DNA of 64,000 bases from Polyangiaceae bacterium. GTDB lineage: Bacteria; Myxococcota_A; Polyangia; Polyangiales; Polyangiaceae. The translations under genes were made by a program, and so were the position numbers. The notes beneath the pieces were generated by a model. It did no database searches. It was given only the letters and a program-made list of their open reading frames with translations, and had not been told where the DNA came from. Positions 38,855 through 47,611 of the stretch are shown piece after piece. The stretch spans positions 160,001 to 224,000 of the forward strand of contig JANRKO010000006.1 in assembly GCA_033763455.1 (NCBI GenBank), written 5' to 3'. Positions within the stretch are counted from its first letter, which is position 1; every line of letters begins with the position of its first letter.

Positions 38855-40084
38855 CTAAGGCAAACACCGCAGCACTTCATCGGCGCTTGCCACGAGCAGC
38901 GTGCAATCCCCTAGATTTCTGACCTCCCGACGCACGTTATTGGCGACGATTTGGACCGCTAGCCTACAGCCTAGCTGAGGCAAGAAAGTGGTCCAGTTTG
39001 GTGACGGAGCCGTGTCGCTCAGCTTGGCTTCAACCGGGAGCCACGGGGTGTCATCGCGCGTCACCAAGAAATCAAGCTCTTTGCCGTCGCGATTTCTCAG
39101 ATAGCAAAGCTCGAACTTCCCGTGCCCCGTGTCGGACCAGTAGTGGCAAGCTTTCAAAAGGTGCGCCGCAACTAGGTTCTCGAAGCGTGCGCCAGGGTCC
39201 TTCAACTCGCCATATTCCCAGAGGTAAGTCTTGGACTCTTTCTTCAGCGATCGGGAAATGCGCTTGGCGAAGGGCTTGAGTTCAAAAGTATAAAAGAGCT
39301 CCCTCAGGTTCAGCAGCCAGCGTTGCACGGACTCGTGCGTTACTTCCAGTATTTCGCGAAGGCCATTCACGCTTGTTGGGGAGCCTACGCGCTCAGGCAA
39401 GAGTGAGGCGAGTGTCTCGACGCGGCTCACATCCACCACATGGGTAAGGTCCCGCAAGTCCTCCCGCATCACCAGTTCTCGGCGGCTGTCTTGCCAGATG
39501 CGAACGCGGCGTTCGTTCTGACTCAAAAAAGGCTCCGGAAATGGGCCGTAACGCAGAAGCCCCTGAAAGGCCTCATGGGCGGTACCGCGCGCCGGGCGTG
39601 CGTCTTCGAAGATTTCCGCCAACGCGCTTTCGGGTTCGGGAGGGTGACGACGCACCAACTCGCCCACACTGAACGGGTGGAGGCGCACAGAATATTGACG
39701 CCCTAGCAGACTATCACCACCTCGTCGGTACACGGCGAGGCGAGCACTGCCTGTCACCAATAGGTCCACACGCCGCTCCTGTGTATCGAAAATTCCTTTT
39801 AACGTTCGCTTCCACAAACGATCTTTGTGGATCTCATCCAGCACCACGAGTGGAACTTGAGCTTTTGGAGTGGGGAGAATATCGACGAGGGACTGCGGAT
39901 TCTTGCTCCACACGCGCCTAAACTCCGCCTGGTCCCAGTTGTAGTAGGCGCCTGCCTTTCGCTCGCGCAAAAGAGCCTTGCTGAAAGTGGTTTTCCCACA
40001 CTGGCGGGGACCAGAAAGCAGCACCATCTTCTGGGAATCAAACCCGAGCTCTTGTACCGCATGGGCCAGGTAGCGCTTCTTCAC
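38855..40084 (-). CDS. AAA+ ATPase (AAA_14) with C-terminal DUF4143 domain
   Basis: Walker A GPRQCGKTT, Walker B VVLDEIHK, VTGSA, GDSLLGR, FENLV, ELDFLV...VEAK. Confidence 0.88.
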   Translation of the reverse strand: MKKRYLAHAVQELGFDSQKMVLLSGPRQCGKTTFSKALLRERKAGAYYNWDQAEFRRVWSKNPQSLVDILPTPKAQVPLVVLDEIHKDRLWKRTLKGIFDTQERRVDLLVTGSARLAVYRRGGDSLLGRQYSVRLHPFSVGELVRRHPPEPESALAEIFEDARPARGTAHEAFQGLLRYGPFPEPFLSQNERRVRIWQDSRRELVMREDLRDLTHVVDVSRVETLASLLPERVGSPTSVNGLREILEVTHESVQRWLLNLRELFYTFELKPFAKRISRSLKKESKTYLWEYGELKDPGARFENLVAAHLLKACHYWSDTGHGKFELCYLRNRDGKELDFLVTRDDTPWLPVEAKLSDTAPSPNWTTFLPQLGCRLAVQIVANNVRREVRNLGDCTLLVASADEVLRCLP

Positions 40085-40133
40085 GCCCCCGAACTTAGCA
40101 GAACCCGGTCATCTCCGCAGGTTTTTCGTTAGT

Positions 40134-40208
40134 CGAAATCGGCCAAATTACGATGGACCCGAATCCTGCCGAAATCGGCCAAATTACGATGGACCCGAAT
40201 CCTGCCGA
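40134..40208. repeat. perfect 36-bp tandem repeat (2 copies + 3 nt)
   Basis: CGAAATCGGCCAAATTACGATGGACCCGAATCCTGC at 40134-40169 and 40170-40205. Confidence 0.95.
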
Positions 40209-40478
40209 TCAGTGCGTCGGTCCAAGGCGTGGGCCCTCTTCGTTGGCACAAGAGGTACTTAGCATGACAAGTACTTCTGGCTCAGGGGAAGCGAGCATAC
40301 GCCGCTCATTGGGAAGTTCGGAATGTGAAGCCCTGCTCAGCTCTCCCCCACCAGAGCAACGCGACTGGTAAGGGGGAGAACGCCGAGCGCTCCGCGCGCG
40401 AGGCGAGCGGGGGCGCCGACTAACCCAAAAAAGCGCAACAACTGGGAAAACCGCGAATCCTGCCGATCAGTGGGTCTG
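40196..40478. repeat. direct repeat duplicating the prfC stop region
   Basis: CGAATCCTGCCGATCAGTG at 40196-40214 and 40454-40472, extending to 25 bp with 2 mismatches. The second copy contains the prfC TGA. Confidence 0.9.
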
Positions 40479-42056
40479 CTCTTTGGTCTTCACGAATCTG
40501 AGCTTCGGGTAGTCCTTCTGGGCTGTTTCCAGGTGCCAAGCATTGCGGGCCAAAAATACGAGGGCGCCGGTGTGGTCGTCGGCTACTGCACCCTGGTTCT
40601 CTTCTGCAAACTTGCGCAGCTGAGTGGCGTCGTCCGCCTCGACCCATCGGGCCGTGTGAAGCGATGTTCCTTCGAAATGCACGGCAATATCGTATTCGGT
40701 GCGGATACGGTCGGCTAACACGTCGAACTGCAATGAACCCACCACCCCAACAATCCAATTGGAGCCAATTCTTGTCTTGAAGACGCTGGCAGCGCCTTCT
40801 TCAGCTAACTGCTCAAGCGCGCGCTGCAAATGCTTGGCGCGCATCGGATCGGCAGGGCGCACCGTTTGTAGGAGCTCGGGCGCGAAGCTTGGGATGCCTG
40901 TGAAGTGAAGATCTTCACCTTCGGTGAGAGTATCCCCGACGCGCAACTTGCCGTGATTCGGGATGCCGATAATATCGCCAGCGTAAGCTTCTTCGGCCAG
41001 GCCGCGCTCCTGGGCCAAAAAGAGGACAGCATTGTGCACTTTGAGGGCGGTATTGCTCTGCACGTGCTTGAGCTTCATTCCGCGCACAAAGTGGCCCGAG
41101 CAGAGCCGTACGAAGGCGATGCGGTCCCGGTGCTTCGGGTCCATGTTCGCTTGGATCTTAAACACCACACCGGTAACAGCGGGCTCGGTGGCTTGAACTA
41201 TCCGTTCAACCGCGGGGCGCGTGGTGGGGCACGGAGCGTGATCGCAGAGGCCTTTGAGGAGCTCGCGCACGCCGAAATTGTTCAGGGCGCTGCCAAAGTA
41301 AACGGGCGTTAAGTGCCCTTCGAGGTAAGCCTTGCGATCAAAAGGCTTGCACAACCCTCGCGCCATTTCGACCTCATCCCTGAGCTTCTTCAAGGCTTCG
41401 GCGGGTAGCAACTGTTCGAGCTTCGGATCATCCAGACCTTTGCACGGAATGCCTTCCGGTACGCGTGTCATGGTGCCTTTCGGCATTGGTACGAATTCAT
41501 CGCGAACCAGATCGTAACAACCGAGGAAAGAATGCCCCATGCCTACGGGCCAGCTTGCTGGCGTCGCATCCAGCGCGAGCGATTGCTCCACTTCGTCGAG
41601 CAGCTCAAATGGCTCCATGCCCTCGCGATCCAGCTTATTTACGAAGGTGATCACGGGTACATCCCGGATGCGGCAGACTTCGAAGAGTTTGCGTGTTTGC
41701 CCTTCAATACCTTTGGCGACGTCGAGCACCATGATGGCTGAATCCACAGCCGTGAGCGTGCGATACGTGTCTTCGCTGAAGTCTTGGTGGCCGGGAGTAT
41801 CCAAGAGATTGAAGGTGCGGTCGTCGTACTCGAACGTCATGGCCGACGCCGTTACGGAGATGCCGCGCTCGCGTTCCACCTTCATCCAATCTGAATGAGT
41901 TCGGCGTTGTTCGCCGCGTGCCCGCACCGCTCCTGCCAACTGAATGGCGCCACCGAACAGCAGGAGCTTCTCAGTGAGCGTGGTTTTCCCCGCGTCCGGG
42001 TGCGCGATGATGGCAAAGGTGCGGCGCCGTGAAATAACGCGCGAAAGGTCGTCCAT
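40467..42056 (-). CDS. prfC: peptide chain release factor 3
   Basis: Motifs RRRTFAIIAHPDAGKTT, ERERGISV, DTPGHQDFSEDTY, NKLD, KIQANMDP.HRDR; start ATG 42056. Confidence 0.96.
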   Translation of the reverse strand: MDDLSRVISRRRTFAIIAHPDAGKTTLTEKLLLFGGAIQLAGAVRARGEQRRTHSDWMKVERERGISVTASAMTFEYDDRTFNLLDTPGHQDFSEDTYRTLTAVDSAIMVLDVAKGIEGQTRKLFEVCRIRDVPVITFVNKLDREGMEPFELLDEVEQSLALDATPASWPVGMGHSFLGCYDLVRDEFVPMPKGTMTRVPEGIPCKGLDDPKLEQLLPAEALKKLRDEVEMARGLCKPFDRKAYLEGHLTPVYFGSALNNFGVRELLKGLCDHAPCPTTRPAVERIVQATEPAVTGVVFKIQANMDPKHRDRIAFVRLCSGHFVRGMKLKHVQSNTALKVHNAVLFLAQERGLAEEAYAGDIIGIPNHGKLRVGDTLTEGEDLHFTGIPSFAPELLQTVRPADPMRAKHLQRALEQLAEEGAASVFKTRIGSNWIVGVVGSLQFDVLADRIRTEYDIAVHFEGTSLHTARWVEADDATQLRKFAEENQGAVADDHTGALVFLARNAWHLETAQKDYPKLRFVKTKEQTH

Positions 42057-42276
42057 TGGCGGGCACTGGGTAGCGCTCTCGGTTCGGCCAAACAAGCGCT
42101 GCTCTGAAGTAGCCGAAAAACTGTGAAATTCCGGGCTCTGTGTGTGCAAAGATGCGTCTCTGGCGGAATCGTCGATTCCTAGCGGCGGGGGGAGTGAGCC
42201 GCCCTCGACATTGCCGGGCACATGGCTAGTCTCCCTGCGCCGACGGCGGGGCAATCTCACGTCTAGCGAAAAACTC

Positions 42277-43371
42277 ATGGCTCATCCTCAAAGTCTCACG
42301 GGCACAGCAAACAAGGTTGCCTCCGATCAGAAGGAGCGCCCGGCTGGGCCTACGTCATGGATCCCGGAGCGTCAGCAGCCTCTCGATACTGAGGATATTG
42401 ATTCAGAGTGGCCTGCAGAGCCTGACGAGAACTTGAAGCTTGCGGTTGCTATGCCGCAGGTTCCGAAGGGGCCTTCAGTGCCGGCGGACTTGCTGCGTGT
42501 TGCCGAAGAGATCGATTCGGAGTGGCCAGACGCGCCGCCTGAGCCGGCAAACGTTGCGGCTCAACACCCCGTAGCTGTTCCCAAAGCGCCCGGATTGCCT
42601 AAAGATCTGAACGTCGCCGAGGAAGCGAATGTGGAGGCCGTTAGACGCGCAAGCGACGACGTGAAACCTCCAGAGGTGACAAGTCCCGAAAATGCAAAGG
42701 TTTCAGGGAAACCGAGCGCGCGGCCTTTGCCGCTCGTGCCGAGCCATATTCAGGATCCCTTCGTTGAAGCGAAGGGTACCCGTGGCCTGCTCATCGCGCT
42801 CATGGCTGTCGTCGCCGTCGCGGCCGTGTTGGTCCTCGTAATTCGCAGCCAGAATCACGTCGAATTGCCTGCCCCCCAGGCTCAGCGTCCAACCGCAGTC
42901 GCCGCGACACCCAAGGCCGCGGCACCCAATCCGGACCTGGCCCCAGAGGCGAAACCCGCGCCTCCGGCAACGGTGGCTGTTATGGACGAGGAGGCTGCAA
43001 AAACAGCTCCAGAGGCCGCGGTTGCACCCCCATCGGCCGAAGCTGGCACTTTAGCCGTCGCTGGCAAAAAACCTGTGCTTATCGAGACGTTCCCAATCTC
43101 AGCACGCGTGTACGTGATTGAAGGTACCAAGTGGATCGACCAAGGCTTTGCTCCGGCCACCGTGGAGGTCTCGTCGGGTGCCACGCTTCGCGTGATGTTG
43201 GTGAAGGAAGGCTTCCGCCGTCGCCAGCTAAAGGTGGACGGAACCGAAGCACGGCTCAAAGTGGGGTTGGTGGAACAAATACCCGCGCCGGGTGGAAACG
43301 AACAAGCAACCACCGGTGAACCTCCTGCAGCTCCCCCTGAGCAGGCACCCGCAGTCACGGCTACTCCCTGA
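42277..43371 (+). CDS. Pro/Ala-rich single-pass membrane protein with C-terminal PEGA-like domain
   Basis: Acidic N-terminus with duplicated IDSEWP, one TM segment, IETFP..ARVY...GFAP...KEGF. Confidence 0.65.
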   Translation: MAHPQSLTGTANKVASDQKERPAGPTSWIPERQQPLDTEDIDSEWPAEPDENLKLAVAMPQVPKGPSVPADLLRVAEEIDSEWPDAPPEPANVAAQHPVAVPKAPGLPKDLNVAEEANVEAVRRASDDVKPPEVTSPENAKVSGKPSARPLPLVPSHIQDPFVEAKGTRGLLIALMAVVAVAAVLVLVIRSQNHVELPAPQAQRPTAVAATPKAAAPNPDLAPEAKPAPPATVAVMDEEAAKTAPEAAVAPPSAEAGTLAVAGKKPVLIETFPISARVYVIEGTKWIDQGFAPATVEVSSGATLRVMLVKEGFRRRQLKVDGTEARLKVGLVEQIPAPGGNEQATTGEPPAAPPEQAPAVTATP

Positions 43372-43457
43372 GTAGTCGCGGGAGCTAACCGGAGCGCGTC
43401 GTACGTGCGAAGGCAAGAGTAGCATTGTTGCAAAGAAATCGCGAGGCGCGCCTCGAT

Positions 43458-45302
43458 CTAATTATCGTGGCCCACCGCCAAGGCCAACCCGCCCTCACGC
43501 TGATCCGCAACGCCGTACGCAGTGCCGCCAACCACAATGATGTTGTTGGCGTCGCCGAATGGAGCGCGAGAGGTTATCTTGTGACCGCGTAGCTTTAGGT
43601 TGGCAATTACGTCGCTTGGGAGCGCGGAGGACCTTTCCACTTGCAGGGCATCTGGCACGAACCCGTGGTGCACTCTTAGCGCGGCGACCGCTGCGTCGAG
43701 GGGCTCCCTATGATCGACTAGATGCGTGAGCACTTGCGCCACCGTGCTCGGGATAGTGTCTCCGCCTGGTGAGCCCAAAATGAGTGTAGTGCCGTCTGGC
43801 GCGGTAACAAGCGTGGGGGCCATGGAGCTTGTGGTGCGAAAGCCTGGAGCTACCGTGTTGGCTCCAGCGGTGCCGAACGCTGCCACCGAATTGTTGAGCA
43901 GAAAGCCGGTGCCTGGAGCTACAATTTTAGCCCCAAAGGCCGCAGAAAGGGTCGTTGTTAGGCTAACTACCATGCCTTCCTTATCCACCACAGAGAGGTG
44001 AGTGGTGTGTTCAAGTTCCTTCATGGCTTCGTTGTAGAGGGGGTGCAAGGTCGAGGAGGGGATCGCTTTCTCCATGGTCAACGGGTGATCGGGGAAGGGC
44101 AAAGGACCCGTTTGCCAGACAGCGCGCGCGGTATCGTTGGCTGCTGGCGGAAAGCGATCCGGGTCAGCGACGCTGAAGCGACGTTCGGCCTGGGCGCGCT
44201 TGGAGGCTTCGGCAAAGAGGTGCAATGCGTCAGCGGATAAGTGCGAAAAACGCTCGCCGCGGTTGGTTTCCAAAAAGCGAAGCAGCAACAACAAGGTGAC
44301 GCCACCCGCAGAAGGCGGGGGCATCGTTTCGACGCGCCAACCATGATAGGTGAGCACCAATGGCTCCCGAAGTTTTGCCTCGTAACGCGTGACATCATCG
44401 AGGGAGATAAGACCGCCTTTGCCAAGTGATGCGAGCGCTTTGGCGACACTCCCGGCATAGAACCCTTCGCGCCCCTCCGCCGCAATAAATCCAAGCGTTT
44501 TGGCCAGATCCGGGCGCTTCACAAGTGTGCCCGCCGAGGGGGGCGCGCCTTTGTTCGTACCCAAAGCGCTCAGGCTTCGGGGGTGTCGCCCAAGGGACTT
44601 CCAGTTCCACTTTATAGTTAACGCTTCACGCCTTCCCATGCGGTGTCCACGTTCGGCCAGGGCAATGGCTGGTGCTACGAGTTCACGCCAAGGCCTTGTG
44701 CCGAGCTTCTGGTGCAAGAGAAAAAGCCCGGCAACCGTGCCAGGGATCCCAACGGCGGCAGGGCCTTGGGCGCCGTCGCGAAGCATCTTGTTGAAGTTCG
44801 TTTGGGTAAGTGCTCGTGGGGCCGTTTCCCGAAAGTCGATGGCGATGGTTGCCCCGTGGGCGGGGCGAGCCAGAAGAAAACCGCCGCCACCGAGGTTTCC
44901 AGCACTCGGATGGGTGACGGCCAAAGCGAAGGCGGTGGCGATGGCGGCATCGGCCGCGTTGCCGCCGTTCTCAAGGATCTGAACGCCAATGCGGGTCGCG
45001 TTGTCTTCAACTGAGGTGACGATGCCCGCGCGGCCACTGACCGCGAGCGGCCCGCCGCTGAGCGTGGGACCCGGCGTACTGGAAGGTGCGCTCGGCACAG
45101 ATCCTTGCGCGTGAGCGGGAACGCCCTGTGGCGCTTGGTGCTTCGGCGGTAAAGTAGAGGCAACGCTTGGCGCGCGCGTTTGCGGGGGAGGCTCGTGTGG
45201 GCTGCAGCCCAGCGCTACAAGCAAGAGCATGCGACCCACTTGTGCGCATCCGACCCTCTGGGATGTCCACAGAAGCGAGGGCGAGGGGGGCACGTTTCTC
45301 AC
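43458..45302 (-). CDS. ggt: gamma-glutamyltransferase
   Basis: Motifs GGNAADAA, NLGGGGF, IDFRETAP, EHTTHLSVVD (autocatalytic Thr), SSMAPT, GSPGG; start uncertain. Confidence 0.92.
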   Translation of the reverse strand: MRNVPPSPSLLWTSQRVGCAQVGRMLLLVALGCSPHEPPPQTRAPSVASTLPPKHQAPQGVPAHAQGSVPSAPSSTPGPTLSGGPLAVSGRAGIVTSVEDNATRIGVQILENGGNAADAAIATAFALAVTHPSAGNLGGGGFLLARPAHGATIAIDFRETAPRALTQTNFNKMLRDGAQGPAAVGIPGTVAGLFLLHQKLGTRPWRELVAPAIALAERGHRMGRREALTIKWNWKSLGRHPRSLSALGTNKGAPPSAGTLVKRPDLAKTLGFIAAEGREGFYAGSVAKALASLGKGGLISLDDVTRYEAKLREPLVLTYHGWRVETMPPPSAGGVTLLLLLRFLETNRGERFSHLSADALHLFAEASKRAQAERRFSVADPDRFPPAANDTARAVWQTGPLPFPDHPLTMEKAIPSSTLHPLYNEAMKELEHTTHLSVVDKEGMVVSLTTTLSAAFGAKIVAPGTGFLLNNSVAAFGTAGANTVAPGFRTTSSMAPTLVTAPDGTTLILGSPGGDTIPSTVAQVLTHLVDHREPLDAAVAALRVHHGFVPDALQVERSSALPSDVIANLKLRGHKITSRAPFGDANNIIVVGGTAYGVADQREGGLALAVGHDN

Positions 45303-45334
45303 CCTAGCGTGAACGATCTTGATAGAGTAGGGGC

Positions 45335-45853
45335 ATGTCAGACGTTGATTTTCGGCCGCTAGGGATCGCGGTGCTCACGGTGAGCGACACAAGAACGCTG
45401 GCCACCGACAGCAGCGGAGCCACCGCGGTGGAAATGCTCCAGAATGCGGGCCACGAGATCCTTGGCCGGACGATTGTTAAGGACGATGTGGAGTTGCTGC
45501 GGACAGCAGTGAAGGCGTGGCTTGCTGACAGCCGAATCGAGGTGGTGGTGACGACCGGAGGAACGGGCATCACCCAGCGCGACGTCACGCCAGAAGCTCT
45601 ATCTCCGCTGATCACTAAGCCCATCGAAGGCTTTGGCGAACTTTTTCGCTACTTGAGCTACGCCGAGATTGGGACGGCTACCGTTCAGTCGCGCGCGTTC
45701 GGTGGCTTGTGTGGAACCACGCTTTTGTTTGCTCTCCCAGGCTCGACGGGAGCTGTGCGCCTGGGGCTGGAGAAAATTCTCCTGCCCCAGCTGGATAGTC
45801 GCACTCGCCCCTGCAATTTTTCCGAGTTGTTGCCACGTATTCGGTGTGAGTGA
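45335..45853 (+). CDS. moaB: molybdenum cofactor biosynthesis protein B
   Basis: Motifs [40 protein letters not shown]. Confidence 0.92.
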   Translation: MSDVDFRPLGIAVLTVSDTRTLATDSSGATAVEMLQNAGHEILGRTIVKDDVELLRTAVKAWLADSRIEVVVTTGGTGITQRDVTPEALSPLITKPIEGFGELFRYLSYAEIGTATVQSRAFGGLCGTTLLFALPGSTGAVRLGLEKILLPQLDSRTRPCNFSELLPRIRCE

Positions 45854-45869
45854 AGAGGCTTGAGACTCC

Positions 45870-46847
45870 CTAACGGCGGCGCTCCGAAAGCACGATAAGG
45901 CCTGGATCTTTGCGGCTAAGCGCGCGTAGGTCTCCTGAATCTGCAGCGACCACCGGCGTCCCGAGTGCCCTCGCCTCACGCACCACAGACGACGCACCCT
46001 CGTGTTCCGAAGGGTGCACCAAAACGTCTGCCACACTTATGAGTCCCAGTGCCAGGGGTCGTGGCAGCTGCCCGACAAAGCGAACGTTCGGAAAATGCGA
46101 ACTCAAAGGCTCTAAAAGAGGGCCCTCGCCCGCGACCACTACCTGAGCCCCCGGCACGGGAGAGACTGCACGGAGAGCCATTTCAACGCGCTTTTCTGGC
46201 ACAAGGCGCGCCACGATCGCTATCAGCGGGCGGGCTTGGGAAAGCTCGAGGCAAGCTCTGGTTTCCGCTTTACCCGCGGCATCTAGCGCGAGTGCACAAG
46301 GCTTCACGTATATCTCGGGCAGCTCGTGTTTTCTAAACCGGTGTTCAATTCGCTCCCGCTGTGCCTCACTTACCAGCCGCAGCGTGCACCGGTTGCGCTT
46401 GAGCATCTCAAGGTACGCTCCACCGAACATCGACGGGAGTCGAAGCAGGAGCTCCACGTCCGTGCCGTGCCCAACAATCTCTGGCTTCTCACTCATCGTG
46501 AAAGGAAGGAGCGCACCGGCAGGAAATAACCAATGGAAAATAATGCGATCCCAAGGCCCCAATTGAGTGAGCTTTTGCTGGGCGCGCCATGCGAACGAGA
46601 AGATTCCAAAAATTCGTCTTGGGTCGGATTTCAGACGGGTGGCTAACCCCGGCCAGCCAAACGCAGCAATGCGACCTAACCAAGCCACCGTATAAGCGTT
46701 AGCTTGAGAGTCTGATTGGCCCGGAGCGACAACCGTTACGTTGTGTCCGGCCTTGGCCAAATGGTTCACCTCGGCTTGCACAAAATGGCCTGCAGCGTCG
46801 CCCGGCCTCTCGGGAAAGGACGACGTGACGACTGCAATCCGAGCCAT
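45870..46847 (-). CDS. GT4 family glycosyltransferase
   Basis: Motifs HGTD, VARLVPEK, AGEGP, ADVLVHPS.HEG....REA...GTPVV. Confidence 0.85.
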   Translation of the reverse strand: MARIAVVTSSFPERPGDAAGHFVQAEVNHLAKAGHNVTVVAPGQSDSQANAYTVAWLGRIAAFGWPGLATRLKSDPRRIFGIFSFAWRAQQKLTQLGPWDRIIFHWLFPAGALLPFTMSEKPEIVGHGTDVELLLRLPSMFGGAYLEMLKRNRCTLRLVSEAQRERIEHRFRKHELPEIYVKPCALALDAAGKAETRACLELSQARPLIAIVARLVPEKRVEMALRAVSPVPGAQVVVAGEGPLLEPLSSHFPNVRFVGQLPRPLALGLISVADVLVHPSEHEGASSVVREARALGTPVVAADSGDLRALSRKDPGLIVLSERRR

Positions 46848-46853
46848 GCTTCG

Positions 46854-47207
46854 CTAAACGCGGCCGAGGCGGCCCATAACGATGAGCCCGTCCCCGCCGT
46901 GCTCTTCTAGGAGTGCGCCCAGGTGCCGGAGGTAGCGGAAGCTGTAGATCCCGGAATTGTGGCCATCGCCCCAGGTGAGGCCGAGGGCGTAGTTGCCGAT
47001 GGGCTCCAGCCCGCGGAGCTCAAGGTTCCCATCCTTTTGGAAGGTGATTTCTCCAGAGTGCCCTTGGCAGGCGGCGCAGGGGCAAAATCCGCGCAAAATC
47101 ACATGTGGGTAGAGGTTGCGATGCCCGTCGCCCCACGAAATCTCCAGGTCTCGGGCGCCGTGGGGGGCTTTCACGCCGGTTGGGGTAAGGCTCGGGTTGG
47201 TAGTCAT
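46854..47207 (-). CDS. DUF971 (GBBH-like N-terminal) protein
   Basis: Motifs WGDGH, LRGFCPCAAC, IGNYAL, WGDGHNSGIYSF.YL. Confidence 0.88.
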   Translation of the reverse strand: MTTNPSLTPTGVKAPHGARDLEISWGDGHRNLYPHVILRGFCPCAACQGHSGEITFQKDGNLELRGLEPIGNYALGLTWGDGHNSGIYSFRYLRHLGALLEEHGGDGLIVMGRLGRV

Positions 47208-47254
47208 ACGGCCATTACTTTCGTTCGGAGCCCGTAACCTAGGCTTTTTGGGGG

Positions 47255-47283
47255 TTGCAATAGGGGGGCCAGAATGTCATATC
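47255..47283 (+). promoter_or_regulatory. putative sigma70-type promoter of rpsU
   Basis: TTGCAA-N17-CATATC with an upstream TG, 9 nt before the TTG at 47293. Confidence 0.45.
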
Positions 47284-47292
47284 AGCCGCCCC

Positions 47293-47523
47293 TTGGCGAA
47301 CCCGAACGAGACCGTCCAGTGCAAGCCCCTTGAAGTCGCCGTAGGCGACAAGGGGATCGAACGTGCCATCAAGCACCTTAAGCGTCGTATGGCTGCTGAA
47401 GGTATTCTGCGCGAGCTTAAACGCCGCCGGCACTATATGAAGCCTTCAGTAAAGAAGCGCAAAAAGATGAGCGAGGCAGCTCGCCGTCGTCGTAAGCGCG
47501 TCCGTCCCGACGAACGGATGTAG
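47293..47523 (+). CDS. rpsU: 30S ribosomal protein S21
   Basis: IERAIKHLKRRM..EGILRELKRRRHYMKPSVKKRKK; start codon uncertain (TTG 47293). Confidence 0.9.
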   Translation: MANPNETVQCKPLEVAVGDKGIERAIKHLKRRMAAEGILRELKRRRHYMKPSVKKRKKMSEAARRRRKRVRPDERM

Positions 47524-47611
47524 CGTCAGCGCGCGTTCGTTTCGGTGAGCGCGCCTTGAAGTTTACAGCGTATTTTTGGCCGGGTTGAACCCAGCCGGCT
47601 AACCTTGAACG

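Noticed and set aside
40153..40371. 72-aa ORF with repeated MDPNPA as a peptide precursor
   Set aside because: The repeat is simply the translation of the DNA duplication; no SD and no modifying enzymes nearby.
40134..40478. 36-bp repeats as a CRISPR array
   Set aside because: The copies are directly adjacent with no spacers, there are only two full units, and no cas genes are present.
42057..42278. 74-aa N-terminal extension of RF3, and the 42142 start of the opposite gene
   Set aside because: RF3 homology begins at MDDLSRVISRRRTF, and the two extensions would overlap head to head across a promoter region.
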